DNA of 22,068 nt from Candidatus Acetothermia bacterium (GTDB taxonomy: Bacteria > Bipolaricaulota > Bipolaricaulia > M55B111). The notes beneath the pieces were generated by a model. The model was given only the letters and a program-made list of their open reading frames with translations, searched no databases and was not told the DNA's origin. The stretch lies in NCBI GenBank assembly GCA_046543235.1, contig JBKGZT010000021.1:1-22068 (forward strand), read 5' to 3'. Below are positions 1-9,371 of this stretch, piece by piece. The stretch's first letter is position 1, and each line of letters opens with the position of its first letter. A program made the position numbers and the translations under genes.

Positions 1-125
1 TGTTTAATTCCACTGAGCAAGCTCCGGGGGAATTCTCACCCAGTATTGATAACCCAGTTTATGTTAGTTAAGGATCGGAAAATTTCAATGGTGTAAACCT
101 TGATTGAAAACAGGCCGGTGGTGAG

Positions 126-797
126 ATGTCCGAGCTAGTTCTTTCCGCAGGACTTGGGTTTTTTCTTCTGATCGCCCTTGGGGGAGTCGGGGTCCGGTAC
201 AGGGTGCGAAAGTCGATAGAAAGATGCGAGGACGAACCCGTTAACGGGGAGCTCAAGGTCGGGGGTTTCGTGGAGAGGGTAAAAGTAGCCGAGGAGCTGG
301 GAGGCCTGGATGTAAGGGAGGCCGGTTCGAGGGGCTCAGGATTCTATTTCCCCGGTCAGGGGCTAATTGAGGTACCGCCAAGCGGAAACTCGCTCCTGGG
401 GTTTGCCGTAGCTGCCCACGAGATCTCGCACGCTAGCCAGGAAGACAGATGGTTTTCTCTTTTGAAGATGGGTTCCTATCTGGAACCAACGGCCAAACTT
501 TTGGCGTACTCTTTCCCGATACTTTTACTTCTCGGAATACTCTTCTACCCCCCTTTGACCGTCGTCGGTGGATTCATGTTTCTGGCCCTTCTTGCGTTGA
601 CCGCTCTGGAGATGGCGCTAGAGATCGAAGCCTCGAGAACTGCTCTAGAATATCTGGAAGTACACGCCGATCTGGATGAATACAAGATACGAGAAGTGAA
701 AAAGCTTTTTAGCTGGGCTATACTTACTAGAATTGTCCATTTAGCAGGTGGTTACACGGCTCTTTTCTCTTCGAACGAAAGAGAGGTGAGAGAATGA
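126..797 (+). CDS. Putative membrane zinc metallopeptidase (YugP / neutral zinc peptidase family)
   Basis: 223 aa; AVAAHEISHA (HExxH) plus downstream EIEASRTAL resembling the YugP-family ExxASxRA motif; N-terminal and central hydrophobic helices; stop overlaps rpe start (ATGA). Confidence 0.8.
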   Translation: MSELVLSAGLGFFLLIALGGVGVRYRVRKSIERCEDEPVNGELKVGGFVERVKVAEELGGLDVREAGSRGSGFYFPGQGLIEVPPSGNSLLGFAVAAHEISHASQEDRWFSLLKMGSYLEPTAKLLAYSFPILLLLGILFYPPLTVVGGFMFLALLALTALEMALEIEASRTALEYLEVHADLDEYKIREVKKLFSWAILTRIVHLAGGYTALFSSNEREVRE

Positions 798-1453
798 GAG
801 AGATATCGCTCGCCCCATCGATACTTTCCGCCGATTTCAGCAAATTGAGTGACGAAGTTGAGGAAGTAAGTGAGGCTGCGGATTATATCCACGTCGACGT
901 AATGGACGGACATTTTGTTCCCAACATAACGATCGGTCCGCTGGTATCCAATTCGCTAAAAAACTTGGAAGGTTTAGAGATACCGTTGAGCATCCATCTT
1001 ATGATTACAGACCCGGAAAAATACGCCCCCGATTTCGAAGTCGATTCCGAAGACCTGATAATATTCCACTCCGAAGTAGTCGTAGAGCCGAAAAAAACCG
1101 TCGACCGGCTGAAGGAGCTAGGCTGCCGGGTCGGTATATCCCAGAAACCGGGAAGCGACAGGGAAGAAGTTATTCCCCTCCTGGAAGTTCTCGACGAAGT
1201 TCTGGTGATGGGGGTGGAACCTGGTTTTGGGGGTCAGGATTTCATGCCGAAAGAGCTGGAAAGGATAGAAGCGCTGAGGGAGGAAATAGAGGAAAGAGGG
1301 ACGGAAACAGCCCTGGCTGTGGACGGGGGTATGAACGAATCCACCATTGGTGAAGCAGTCGATGCAGGTGCGGATACGATAATAGCCGGGTCCGCCGTTT
1401 TCGGTAAGAAGGACCGAAAAAAAGCCATTAAGACTCTGAGGAGTGCGGTTTAA
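794..1453 (+). CDS. rpe: Ribulose-phosphate 3-epimerase
   Basis: APSILSADF, HVDVMDGHFVPN, HLM, MGVEPGFGGQ, VDGG, AGSAVF motifs; SD GAGGTG upstream. Confidence 0.98.
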   Translation: MREISLAPSILSADFSKLSDEVEEVSEAADYIHVDVMDGHFVPNITIGPLVSNSLKNLEGLEIPLSIHLMITDPEKYAPDFEVDSEDLIIFHSEVVVEPKKTVDRLKELGCRVGISQKPGSDREEVIPLLEVLDEVLVMGVEPGFGGQDFMPKELERIEALREEIEERGTETALAVDGGMNESTIGEAVDAGADTIIAGSAVFGKKDRKKAIKTLRSAV

Positions 1454-1458
1454 AAACT

Positions 1459-2559
1459 ATGGGTAATTCCGGCGAAAGAAAGTTCATGCAAAGAGCTCTC
1501 GACCTGGCGAAGAAAGGAGGAGGATACGTAAACCCCAACCCCCAGGTCGGAGCAGTCGTAGTCAAGGAAGACGAAGTCATAGGAGAGGGCTACCACGAAG
1601 AGTTCGGCGGCCCGCATGCCGAGGTCCGGGCCCTTGACGAAGCAGGTGAAGAGGCGGAGGGGGCGACGCTTTACGTTACCCTCGAGCCCTGTGCCCACTA
1701 CGGAAAGACGCCCCCCTGTGCCGACAGGGTAATAGAGGCCGGAATTTCCCGTGTTTACGTAGCTATTGAGGATCCAAATCCGGAGGTGTCCGGAAAAGGC
1801 ATAGAGAAAATGCGCCGTTCCGGTATCGATGTAGACCTCGGTTTAATGGAGGAGCAGGCAAGGAGTGTTAACGAAATCTTCCTTCACTACGTCAGAACCG
1901 GTCGGCCCTTCGTCCTGCTTAAACTTGCGATGACTCTGGACGGGAAAATAGCAACGAAGAGCGGAGATTCTCGCTGGATAACCTCGGAGATATCTCGTGA
2001 AAGGGTGCATGAACTCAGGGGCCGTTACAGCGGCGTCGGGGTTGGCGTGGGGACGGTGATTTCGGACGACCCCCGGTTGAACGTAAGGATGGTTGAGGGG
2101 CCCGACGGGACCAGATTCGTCTTTGATCCAAGGGGGAGAACCCCAACCGACGCCCGATTACTTGATCTGGAGAGTGAAGCCCCTACGGTGATAGTCGTAA
2201 GAAAAGATACCCCGGAAGAAGCTACGGAGCCACTCGAAGAGAGAGGTGCTGACCTGTGGCGCGTCGATGGAAGTAATGGGGGGATCGACCTTCAGGACTT
2301 TATCGGCCGGGCCGGTGACAACGGTTATGATAGCCTGCTAATTGAAGGTGGGAGCGAAGTGGCGGGTAGCTTGATTGATCGTCGCCTGGTGGATAAAGTG
2401 GCCTTCTTTTACGCGCCACGGGTTATCGGCGGCAGAGAAGGGGTTCCCGGGGTCGGCGGCGAAGGGGTTACGGAAGTCCGGGAGGGGCTAAAGGTGGAGG
2501 ATCTGGAATTTACCCGGAAAGGGGACGATCTTTTGGTTACCGGCTACCCGGTTAGATGA
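1459..2559 (+). CDS. ribD: Bifunctional riboflavin biosynthesis deaminase/reductase RibD
   Basis: PNPQVGAV, HAE, TLEPCAHYGKTPPC deaminase motifs; KLAMTLDGKIA, SRWIT, DDPRL, IEGG reductase motifs. Confidence 0.98.
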   Translation: MGNSGERKFMQRALDLAKKGGGYVNPNPQVGAVVVKEDEVIGEGYHEEFGGPHAEVRALDEAGEEAEGATLYVTLEPCAHYGKTPPCADRVIEAGISRVYVAIEDPNPEVSGKGIEKMRRSGIDVDLGLMEEQARSVNEIFLHYVRTGRPFVLLKLAMTLDGKIATKSGDSRWITSEISRERVHELRGRYSGVGVGVGTVISDDPRLNVRMVEGPDGTRFVFDPRGRTPTDARLLDLESEAPTVIVVRKDTPEEATEPLEERGADLWRVDGSNGGIDLQDFIGRAGDNGYDSLLIEGGSEVAGSLIDRRLVDKVAFFYAPRVIGGREGVPGVGGEGVTEVREGLKVEDLEFTRKGDDLLVTGYPVR

Positions 2560-3472
2560 TTAGGAGAGAAGCGATTCCCGAAAGTAGAGCCTGAAAGCCG
2601 TAGATGGTTAACACTGCTTTGGTATGACCGTAGCGACGGAGAAGCTGGTGATGCACGTGGTTTTTGTCTGCCTCCATTATCCCCTGTCGGGAAGCCAGCC
2701 GCCTGGCGATCGCTAGACCTGTATCCAGTATCGGAAAACCGAGGAGGAGCAAGCCCGGACCGAGCCCCCAGACTTCTTCCCCCGTGAAGGAAACCTCTCC
2801 CAAACCCTTGATTACCAGGTAGGATGTGAGAAAGCCGACGAAATAGGACCCGCCGTCGCCAAGGAACAGCTTTGCGGGGTGAAAGTTAAAGAAAAGCACC
2901 GCTGCCAGAGGTCCTAAGAACATTACGGCGGTGAGAAAAACGGTACTACCGGGGGTGAGCCCTATTATTGGCAGGAGGGCAATGATAGCTATCCCCGTGG
3001 CCAGCCCGTCCAGCCCATCGATTAAGTTGAAGCCATTTGTTCCCCCCACCAGCCAAAAGACGAGAAAACCGGAGTTAAGCCACCCCGTTAACTTCAAGGA
3101 GTGCCCGCCCGCCGTTATACTGGTTGCGGGAAAAACCCCGGACGATAGGACGACGATAGCCGCCGTCAAGTGAAGGAAAAGCTTCGTCTTCGGATCCAGC
3201 TCGTGTAGGTCGTCCGCGATCCCGGCAAGGAAAACCGTAACGAGCCCGAACACGAGGGGTAAATTCGAGGTGCCGAAGACCATATAGAATGGGAGGAAAC
3301 CAGCTATCAACGCCGTTCCGCCAAGTGGTTTTGCCCCCTTGTGGATCTTTCTGTAGCTCCCTGGCTCGTCAAACAATCCGATAAGAGGAGCTAGGAAAAT
3401 GATTATAGGACATACAAGCAGGGTAACTACAAAAGGTCCCCAACCCGTAATTGCCGGCACGGTAAAAAGCAT
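2552..3472 (-). CDS. Undecaprenyl-phosphate GlcNAc-1-phosphate transferase (WecA/TagO, glycosyltransferase family 4)
   Basis: RKIH..P.GG, ADD, NLIDGLDG, NFHPAKLFLGDGG, HVHH motifs; multi-pass hydrophobic. Start placed at ATG 3472 (alternative ATG 3502); the ORF-track extension to 3637 overlaps holB antisense. Confidence 0.92.
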   Translation of the reverse strand: MLFTVPAITGWGPFVVTLLVCPIIIFLAPLIGLFDEPGSYRKIHKGAKPLGGTALIAGFLPFYMVFGTSNLPLVFGLVTVFLAGIADDLHELDPKTKLFLHLTAAIVVLSSGVFPATSITAGGHSLKLTGWLNSGFLVFWLVGGTNGFNLIDGLDGLATGIAIIALLPIIGLTPGSTVFLTAVMFLGPLAAVLFFNFHPAKLFLGDGGSYFVGFLTSYLVIKGLGEVSFTGEEVWGLGPGLLLLGFPILDTGLAIARRLASRQGIMEADKNHVHHQLLRRYGHTKAVLTIYGFQALLSGIASLLII

Positions 3473-3476
3473 AGTC

Positions 3477-3505
3477 TTTAAAGTTAGCACGATCTCCCGC
3501 ATAAT
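3477..3505 (+). promoter_or_regulatory. Candidate sigma70 promoter for holB
   Basis: TTTAAA (3477-3482), 17 nt, CATAAT (3500-3505), ending 11 nt before the holB ATG. Confidence 0.4.
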
Positions 3506-3516
3506 CACTAAGTCAC

Positions 3517-4524
3517 ATGAAAAGCCTTGAAGTACTCGAACGAGCAAATCGGGAAGGAAGCTTGACTCACGCGTACCTGGCGCCCGTGAGGCCGGGGACT
3601 GATTTGGAAAACTACGCCGTTCAACTGGGACGGACAATCCTCTGCCCTCGCGACGACGACAGGTGCGTGAGAAAAGTGCTTCGTAATACGCATCCCGATT
3701 TCTTCTGGGTTACTCCAAAGGATGATAAGAGGAAGATATCGATAAACCAAGTAGAGGAAATTATCTCGGGTTCCTCTTATTCACCCCAGGAGAGGGAAAG
3801 GAAGGTATATGCGATCGGCCGGGCCGAGGATTTAACACGAGAGGCTTCTAATAGCCTGCTGAAGGTACTCGAAGACCCACCGGGCTACGTTTTCTTTTTG
3901 TTGCTTACCGGTAACCCGGACGACCTGCTTCCGACAATCCTGTCACGCTGTCAGAGGCTTCCCACAGGCGGTACCGATCCCGAGAGGATGAAGAAAGCGC
4001 TGACGGAGGAGGGTTACAGTGAAGAGGAGGCTCGTTATCTTATCCAAGTGGTCAACGAACGGGCCGAGGTTCTGGAGAGACTACTGGGTAAGCCCCCTGC
4101 CGAACCACTTGAGAAAAGAAAGGATTACGTGGGGAGTTACGAAGGGCTAAGGATAGACGAGCTCGCCGAAAAGCTGATCGACTCCGAGGGATTGATAGAG
4201 AAAGAAGTTCTTTCAAGGTTGATCTTTGAAAATATCGGAAATGCCGGGAAGTACGAGCTGCTGGATCTCGCAGGTAAATTGAAGGACCTCTCCCGGGAGG
4301 ACCTGACCTGGTTTATGGAAAGAGGAATCTTTCTCTATAGAAAAAACTACAGGAGGTGGATGAAATCCGGGGGAGGTTCGGCAGATGAGTCCTCGAAGGT
4401 ATATCTGAAGAGGGCCAGAATCCTGGCTCGGGGAATAGAATCGCTGAAGACCAATGCCAACCTGCAGCTTTTGGTAGAAAGCCTCTGCTTGCAACTGGCG
4501 TCAGGTAACCCTAGGTTTAATTAA
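3517..4524 (+). CDS. holB: DNA polymerase III delta-prime subunit
   Basis: THAYL, HPDF, ISINQV, ASNSLLKVLEDPP, LLPTILSRC motifs; C-terminal NANLQLLVE; adjacent to a yaaT/ricT homolog as in Firmicutes. Confidence 0.9.
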   Translation: MKSLEVLERANREGSLTHAYLAPVRPGTDLENYAVQLGRTILCPRDDDRCVRKVLRNTHPDFFWVTPKDDKRKISINQVEEIISGSSYSPQERERKVYAIGRAEDLTREASNSLLKVLEDPPGYVFFLLLTGNPDDLLPTILSRCQRLPTGGTDPERMKKALTEEGYSEEEARYLIQVVNERAEVLERLLGKPPAEPLEKRKDYVGSYEGLRIDELAEKLIDSEGLIEKEVLSRLIFENIGNAGKYELLDLAGKLKDLSREDLTWFMERGIFLYRKNYRRWMKSGGGSADESSKVYLKRARILARGIESLKTNANLQLLVESLCLQLASGNPRFN

Positions 4525-4614
4525 TCCTAAAATGCGATGACGTCGGAGACGAAAGTCCTTAAGTTACTTTTCCCGAACTGCCGGGAGGCGTAAGTAACGG
4601 AGCGTGATTTCGGT

Positions 4615-5406
4615 ATGACAGCAGCCATTTACGTCGGATTAGCCAAGACGAAAAGGAGAAAGGTGCCGGTCCGTTTCGACGGTTCCCCTGAGCCGAATGA
4701 TCAGTACGTGATTGAAAAGGAAGAGATTAGAGAGCTGGGGATCGTGCTACCCGAAGAGGTGGAAGAGCACGAGGAAGCCGGCTGGAGGGCCGTAAGGGAA
4801 GCGACGGAGCATGACGTTCTCCAGGTGGAGATGAACCAGAATCAGGCGGACGAGGCCCTGCCACGAGCCCAAAGCATGGCCGACAAGAGGTCGCTGCCGA
4901 TGAACCTGATTGGTGCGGAGTACTCCTTTCAGAAATCGCAGTTAAAGTTCTACTTCCAAGCGCCTCACAGAGTGGACTTTCGGGGGCTGGTTAAGGCACT
5001 GGCTCACGAGTTTTCGACGAGGATAGAGCTGGAACAGGTGGGGCCAAGAGAAGCTGCCTCCATCCTGGGTGGACGGGGCAGATGTGGCCAGGAGCTTTGT
5101 TGTCGCCGTTTCCTATACGATCCCGGCCCGGTTCCGATGGAGCTGGCTGAAAAACAGGGTATTTCCGTCTCGCCCGACAGGATTACGGGTGTCTGTGGGC
5201 GGTTAACCTGTTGTTTGGGCTACGAACTCGAGGACTACGAAGAGAAGCTGGGAGAGATGCCGGATAAAGGGAGCCAAGTGGAATCCCCGGCTGGACAGGG
5301 TAAAGTGGTACAGCGGAACGTCCAGAAAGGTACCGTGCGAATAAAGCTTGACGAAGAAGATATCCGAGAGTTCGACCTGGAAGAATTGAGGCTCAAGGGC
5401 AAGTAG
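4615..5406 (+). CDS. ricT: PSP1-domain protein, RicT/YaaT family
   Basis: FYFQAPHRVDFRGLVK, TRIELEQVGPR, GRCGQELCC, ITGVCGRLTCCL.YE Cys motifs. Confidence 0.92.
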   Translation: MTAAIYVGLAKTKRRKVPVRFDGSPEPNDQYVIEKEEIRELGIVLPEEVEEHEEAGWRAVREATEHDVLQVEMNQNQADEALPRAQSMADKRSLPMNLIGAEYSFQKSQLKFYFQAPHRVDFRGLVKALAHEFSTRIELEQVGPREAASILGGRGRCGQELCCRRFLYDPGPVPMELAEKQGISVSPDRITGVCGRLTCCLGYELEDYEEKLGEMPDKGSQVESPAGQGKVVQRNVQKGTVRIKLDEEDIREFDLEELRLKGK

Positions 5407-6774
5407 TTACTTTAATCTGGTTTCTCCCTCCAGCTCCTCGAGTTCCCCGTCCTGTAACTCGGTCTTCAATTCTGCCAACAGGTGGAGTTCAAGCTTTCCT
5501 TCTATCAGGATGTCGTCGTCTCCGTATTCCTCCCTGATGACCTCGCCGTTTTGGTGAAACCAATCGAGCAGGTCGGCTTTTGAATACGGTAGGTTGAGGG
5601 AAACGCGTTTTATTTCGTCCCCGAGTTTTTCCGCGATAAACTCTTTAAGCCGGTCCAGGTTCTTCCCCGCTCGGGCGGAAACCGCGATAGAATTATCTAT
5701 TTCGTTTTTCTCCTTTTCCAGTTTTCGTCCGTCCTCAAGCAGATCTATCTTGTTCAGCACGTTGATCATCGGGGGCCTGTCTTCGTCTTCTTCGAATATT
5801 TCCTCGTTGATGATCTTGTTGACCGTCTGCCACCTAGACCTCAGCTTGTCCTGGGTTGCATCCATCATGTTTACGAGCAGGTCAGCCGTCCTGGCAGATT
5901 TTAGCGTCGAACGAAACGCGGGGATAAGCTGGTGGGGAAGCTTGCGGATCAGGCCGACGGTATCCGTTAGCAGGACCGTGCGTCGGTCGGGAAGCTCGAA
6001 CTTCCGCGTCAATGGATCGAGTGTTGCAAACAGTTTGTCTTCTTCAAATCCTTCGGACCCCGTAAGGCGATTCAGAAGCGTCGTCTTTCCCGAGTTGGTG
6101 TAGCCGATTAAAGCGATAATGGGTGTATTGCTCTCGAGTCGCCTCTTGCTCCTTACGTCCAGTTCTTTATCCGCCTCTTTCAGTTTGGCCTTTATGGAAT
6201 CAATCCTGCGCTGGACTTTTTCCCTGTCCCGTGCCAATCGAGTCTGTCCCGGACCCCGAGTACCTATGCCTCCTTCCTGTCTTTCGAGCGATTCGCCCCA
6301 TCCCCTCAATCTGGGTAAGAGGTATTCGTACTGAGCTAACTCGACCTGCAGCTTGGCTTCTTTCGTCTGAGCGCGCTGGGCGAAGATGTCCATTATTAGC
6401 TGAGTCCTGTCCACGATCTTGGTAGCGAGCTTTTCTTCCAGGTTTCGTGATTGGGCGGGTCGGAGTTCGTCGTTAAAGATTATGACCTGAACGCCGAGTT
6501 TTCGGGCCATTTCTCTGATCTCTTCTGCCTTCCCTGAACCTATATACAAGGATGGGTCCGGCTTTTTTCTTCTCTGAATTACCTTTTTTTGGATTCTAAC
6601 CCCGGCCGTGTCGGCGAGTGATTCTAGCTCCTTCATGGATTCTTCCGTGGACCAGAGTTCCTCTTCGTCCATCCGGGGAAGGTCGACCCCGACCAGAATC
6701 CCTTTTTCCCGCGCTCTGACCCGGGCCCTTTTGCCTACCCGGTCCTCGATCAAGTTTAACTCGTCTTTCGCCAT
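5407..6774 (-). CDS. hflX: Ribosome-associated GTPase HflX
   Basis: YIGSGK, IVDRTQLIMDIFAQRA, GGIGTRGPG, GYTNSGKT, LFATLD, DTVG, NKID, SA motifs. Confidence 0.98.
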   Translation of the reverse strand: MAKDELNLIEDRVGKRARVRAREKGILVGVDLPRMDEEELWSTEESMKELESLADTAGVRIQKKVIQRRKKPDPSLYIGSGKAEEIREMARKLGVQVIIFNDELRPAQSRNLEEKLATKIVDRTQLIMDIFAQRAQTKEAKLQVELAQYEYLLPRLRGWGESLERQEGGIGTRGPGQTRLARDREKVQRRIDSIKAKLKEADKELDVRSKRRLESNTPIIALIGYTNSGKTTLLNRLTGSEGFEEDKLFATLDPLTRKFELPDRRTVLLTDTVGLIRKLPHQLIPAFRSTLKSARTADLLVNMMDATQDKLRSRWQTVNKIINEEIFEEDEDRPPMINVLNKIDLLEDGRKLEKEKNEIDNSIAVSARAGKNLDRLKEFIAEKLGDEIKRVSLNLPYSKADLLDWFHQNGEVIREEYGDDDILIEGKLELHLLAELKTELQDGELEELEGETRLK

Positions 6775-6776
6775 GA

Positions 6777-8030
6777 CTAGGAACCCCTCGAGACCTCGGC
6801 ACCCAAGCTTCTGAGCTTCTCAACCAAGTTACTGTAGCCACGATCCAGGTGTTCGGTACCGGTAATTGTGGTCTTCCCCCGCGCGGCCAGCCCCCCTATG
6901 ACTAGCGAAGCGCCTGCTCTTATATCAGTGGCATCCACTTCAGTTCCTCGCAGGCCCTGCTTGCCGTTGACGAAAACGGTGTTGGAGTTGGTTACTGATA
7001 TATCCGCCCCCATCTTGTTTAGCTCGGGTACGTGATCAAACCTGCTATCGAACACGGTCTCTTTAATCACGCTCTTTCCGCGAGCAAGCGTCAACAGGGC
7101 AGTCATGGGTGCCTGTAGATCAGTCGGGAAGCCGGGGTATGGAAGAGTAATGACTTCGAGGTTATCCGGCCTTTCAGAATTCTCAACTTTCAAAGATCGA
7201 TCTCTTTCCTTTACTTCAACTCCAGCACTTTCGAGTTTCAAGCTGAGAGGTTTTAAAGCCGTAACGTTCACGTTTTTTGCTTCTACCTCACCCGCGGTTG
7301 CGGCCCCTGCTAGCAGGTACGTCCCGGCGGCGATCCTGTCCGACATTACTCTGTGCTCGCCCCCGCCGAGCTCATCTACGCCCGTGATCCTGGTTATCGA
7401 ACCATTTACGCTTACCTCAGCTCCCATCCGGTTTAAGAATTTCGCTAAATCCCGTATTTCGGGCTCCTGGGCGCAGTTGTAGATTTCGGTTCTGCCTTTT
7501 GCTAGAGTTGCGGCCATAATGAGCTGTTCGGTAGCTCCGACGGATGGGTAGTTCAGGAATACATCGTTGCCCGTGAGTTCGTCGGCTTCGGCGACGATTC
7601 TACCGTCGTCCTGTCTGATACCCACTCCCAACCTTTTCAGTCCTTTCAGGTGGAGGTCCACCGGACGCGTTCCGATATTACACCCGCCCGGGATCGGTAC
7701 TTCGGCCCTGCCGGTTCTCGCTACAAGCGGGGCGAGAACCAGGAAGGAGGCCCGCATTTTCTTTACCAGCTGGGCTGGGGCGACGTTTGACTCTACCTTA
7801 CCGTCGATTCGTACGCTCCCGTCCTCGCTGGAAACTTCCTTGCCCAGCCCGGTCACCATATCCAGCATTGTCTGGACGTCCTTCAGGTCCGGTACGTTGG
7901 ATAGCTGGAGGGGTTTGTTAGTGAGCAGGCTGGATGCCAGAAGGGGAAGTGCGGAGTTCTTTGCTCCCGTAATCTCCAGTTCACCCTTCAGAGGCTTTCC
8001 TCCGCGGATGGTTAGCTTGTTATCTTTCAT
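6777..8030 (-). CDS. murA: UDP-N-acetylglucosamine 1-carboxyvinyltransferase
   Basis: GAKNSALP, MRAS, PGGCNIGTRP (active-site Cys retained), SVGAT, PYPGFPTDLQ, DIRAG, HLDRGY. Confidence 0.98.
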   Translation of the reverse strand: MKDNKLTIRGGKPLKGELEITGAKNSALPLLASSLLTNKPLQLSNVPDLKDVQTMLDMVTGLGKEVSSEDGSVRIDGKVESNVAPAQLVKKMRASFLVLAPLVARTGRAEVPIPGGCNIGTRPVDLHLKGLKRLGVGIRQDDGRIVAEADELTGNDVFLNYPSVGATEQLIMAATLAKGRTEIYNCAQEPEIRDLAKFLNRMGAEVSVNGSITRITGVDELGGGEHRVMSDRIAAGTYLLAGAATAGEVEAKNVNVTALKPLSLKLESAGVEVKERDRSLKVENSERPDNLEVITLPYPGFPTDLQAPMTALLTLARGKSVIKETVFDSRFDHVPELNKMGADISVTNSNTVFVNGKQGLRGTEVDATDIRAGASLVIGGLAARGKTTITGTEHLDRGYSNLVEKLRSLGAEVSRGS

Positions 8031-9278
8031 TTAACCGTTCTGCATCAGTTCGAGGAATTGATCGTTGTCCTGAGTGGATTCTATTTTCCCTTTTATGAAC
8101 TCCAGAGCGTCCTGGTTGTCGTCCATCTCGCCTATCATCTTACGGAGAATTCTTAGCTTGTTGAGTTTTTCGTCGGTTAAGAGGAGGTCCTCTTTTCTCG
8201 TACCTGTCTGTTCCATGTCAATTGCAGGATAAATGCGGCGGTTTGCCAGCTTTCTATCCAGGACGAGTTCCATGTTGCCGGTTCCTTTAAATTCCTCAAA
8301 AACTACCTGGTCCAGCTTGCTCCCTGTATCTACCAGTGCGGTTCCTATGATGGTAAGGCTGCCCCCTTCCTCTATATTTCTTGCTGCTCCAAAGAACTCC
8401 TTTGGTTTGTAGAGAGCCGCCGGATCTATCCCACCCGAGAGGAGTTTTCCGCTCTGGTCCACGGAAAGGTTGTAAGCCCGGGCCAGCCTGGTGATGGAGT
8501 CCATAAGTATTACGACGTCCTTTTGTGCTTCCACCAGCCTCTTGGCGTTGTCGGTCACGAGCTCCGCAACCTCCGTGTGGTGTTTTGGTTCCTGGTCGAA
8601 CGTCGCCGCCACCACCTTGCCCATGTTGATGGAGCGCCTGATGTCCGTCACTTCCTCGGGTCGCTCGTCTATCAACAGAACGATCAATTCGACTTCGGGA
8701 TGATTGGCGGCCAGACCGTTTGCGATCTTTTTGATTAGAGTAGTCTTCCCCGCCTTTGGTGGTGAGACTATCAAGCCCCTCTGTCCCTTTCCAGTTGGCG
8801 CAAATAGGTCGATTATCCTCGTGGAGGTATCATTCGGGTCGTGCTCGAGCTTCAAACGCTGTGAAGGGTGAAGAGGTGTCAGGTATTGAAAATCCGTCCT
8901 GTCCCTTAATTCGTCCGGTGGCGAATCGTTTATCGCTTTCACCCGTAGCAGAGCCTTGTAGTGCTCGTCGTTCTTTGGCGGTCTGGTTTGGCCCAGGACC
9001 TTGTCCCCGTTTTTTAGCCCGAAACGTTTTATCTGGGACGGCGATACATAAATGTCGTTCTTACCCGGGAGGAAGGTCTTGTCCCGTAAAAACCCGTAGC
9101 CGTCGGGCAAAATTCCGAGTATTCCTTCAGAAAAGCCTTGTCCTTCCTCTTTAGCTTCTGCCTCAAGGATGGAATATATAAGCTCTTCCTTGTTCTTCGA
9201 ATTCATCTCTACGTCGTAGTCTTCAGCTATCGAATTTAGCTCATCCAGGTTCTTTTCCTGCAGCTCTTTTAATTCCAA
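8031..9278 (-). CDS. rho: Transcription termination factor Rho
   Basis: [65 protein letters not shown] start with SD GAGGTGAG. Confidence 0.99.
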   Translation of the reverse strand: MELKELQEKNLDELNSIAEDYDVEMNSKNKEELIYSILEAEAKEEGQGFSEGILGILPDGYGFLRDKTFLPGKNDIYVSPSQIKRFGLKNGDKVLGQTRPPKNDEHYKALLRVKAINDSPPDELRDRTDFQYLTPLHPSQRLKLEHDPNDTSTRIIDLFAPTGKGQRGLIVSPPKAGKTTLIKKIANGLAANHPEVELIVLLIDERPEEVTDIRRSINMGKVVAATFDQEPKHHTEVAELVTDNAKRLVEAQKDVVILMDSITRLARAYNLSVDQSGKLLSGGIDPAALYKPKEFFGAARNIEEGGSLTIIGTALVDTGSKLDQVVFEEFKGTGNMELVLDRKLANRRIYPAIDMEQTGTRKEDLLLTDEKLNKLRILRKMIGEMDDNQDALEFIKGKIESTQDNDQFLELMQNG

Positions 9279-9339
9279 TTAGCTCACCTCAAAAGTTTGA
9301 TAAAATTCTATTCCTTTTTATTTCGGATAGTATATAAAG

Positions 9340-9371
9340 CGAATCAAGAACCCCGTTCAAGTGTCGGGGCC
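9340..9371 (-). terminator. Terminator/attenuator-like hairpin upstream of rho
   Basis: Minus strand GGCCCCG-acacttgaa-CGGGGTT followed by an interrupted U-rich tail CTTGATTCGCTTT. Confidence 0.35.

Noticed and set aside
3473-3637. N-terminal extension of the WecA-like ORF in the ORF track
   Set aside because: Overlaps holB antisense from a TTG start; family-like hydrophobic sequence begins only near ATG 3472
4535-4557. GCGATGA-CGTC-GGA-GAC-GAAA resembling a hammerhead ribozyme core
   Set aside because: The invariant CUGA is GCGA, there is an extra base before stem II, and I could not build stems I and III
5594-8034. Long antisense ORFs (5594-6103, 7105-7482, 7567-8034) and similar ones opposite proS, miaB and the ABC genes
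   Set aside because: Ser/Phe/Leu-rich shadows of Glu/Lys/Arg-rich genes on the opposite strand; no independent coding signal
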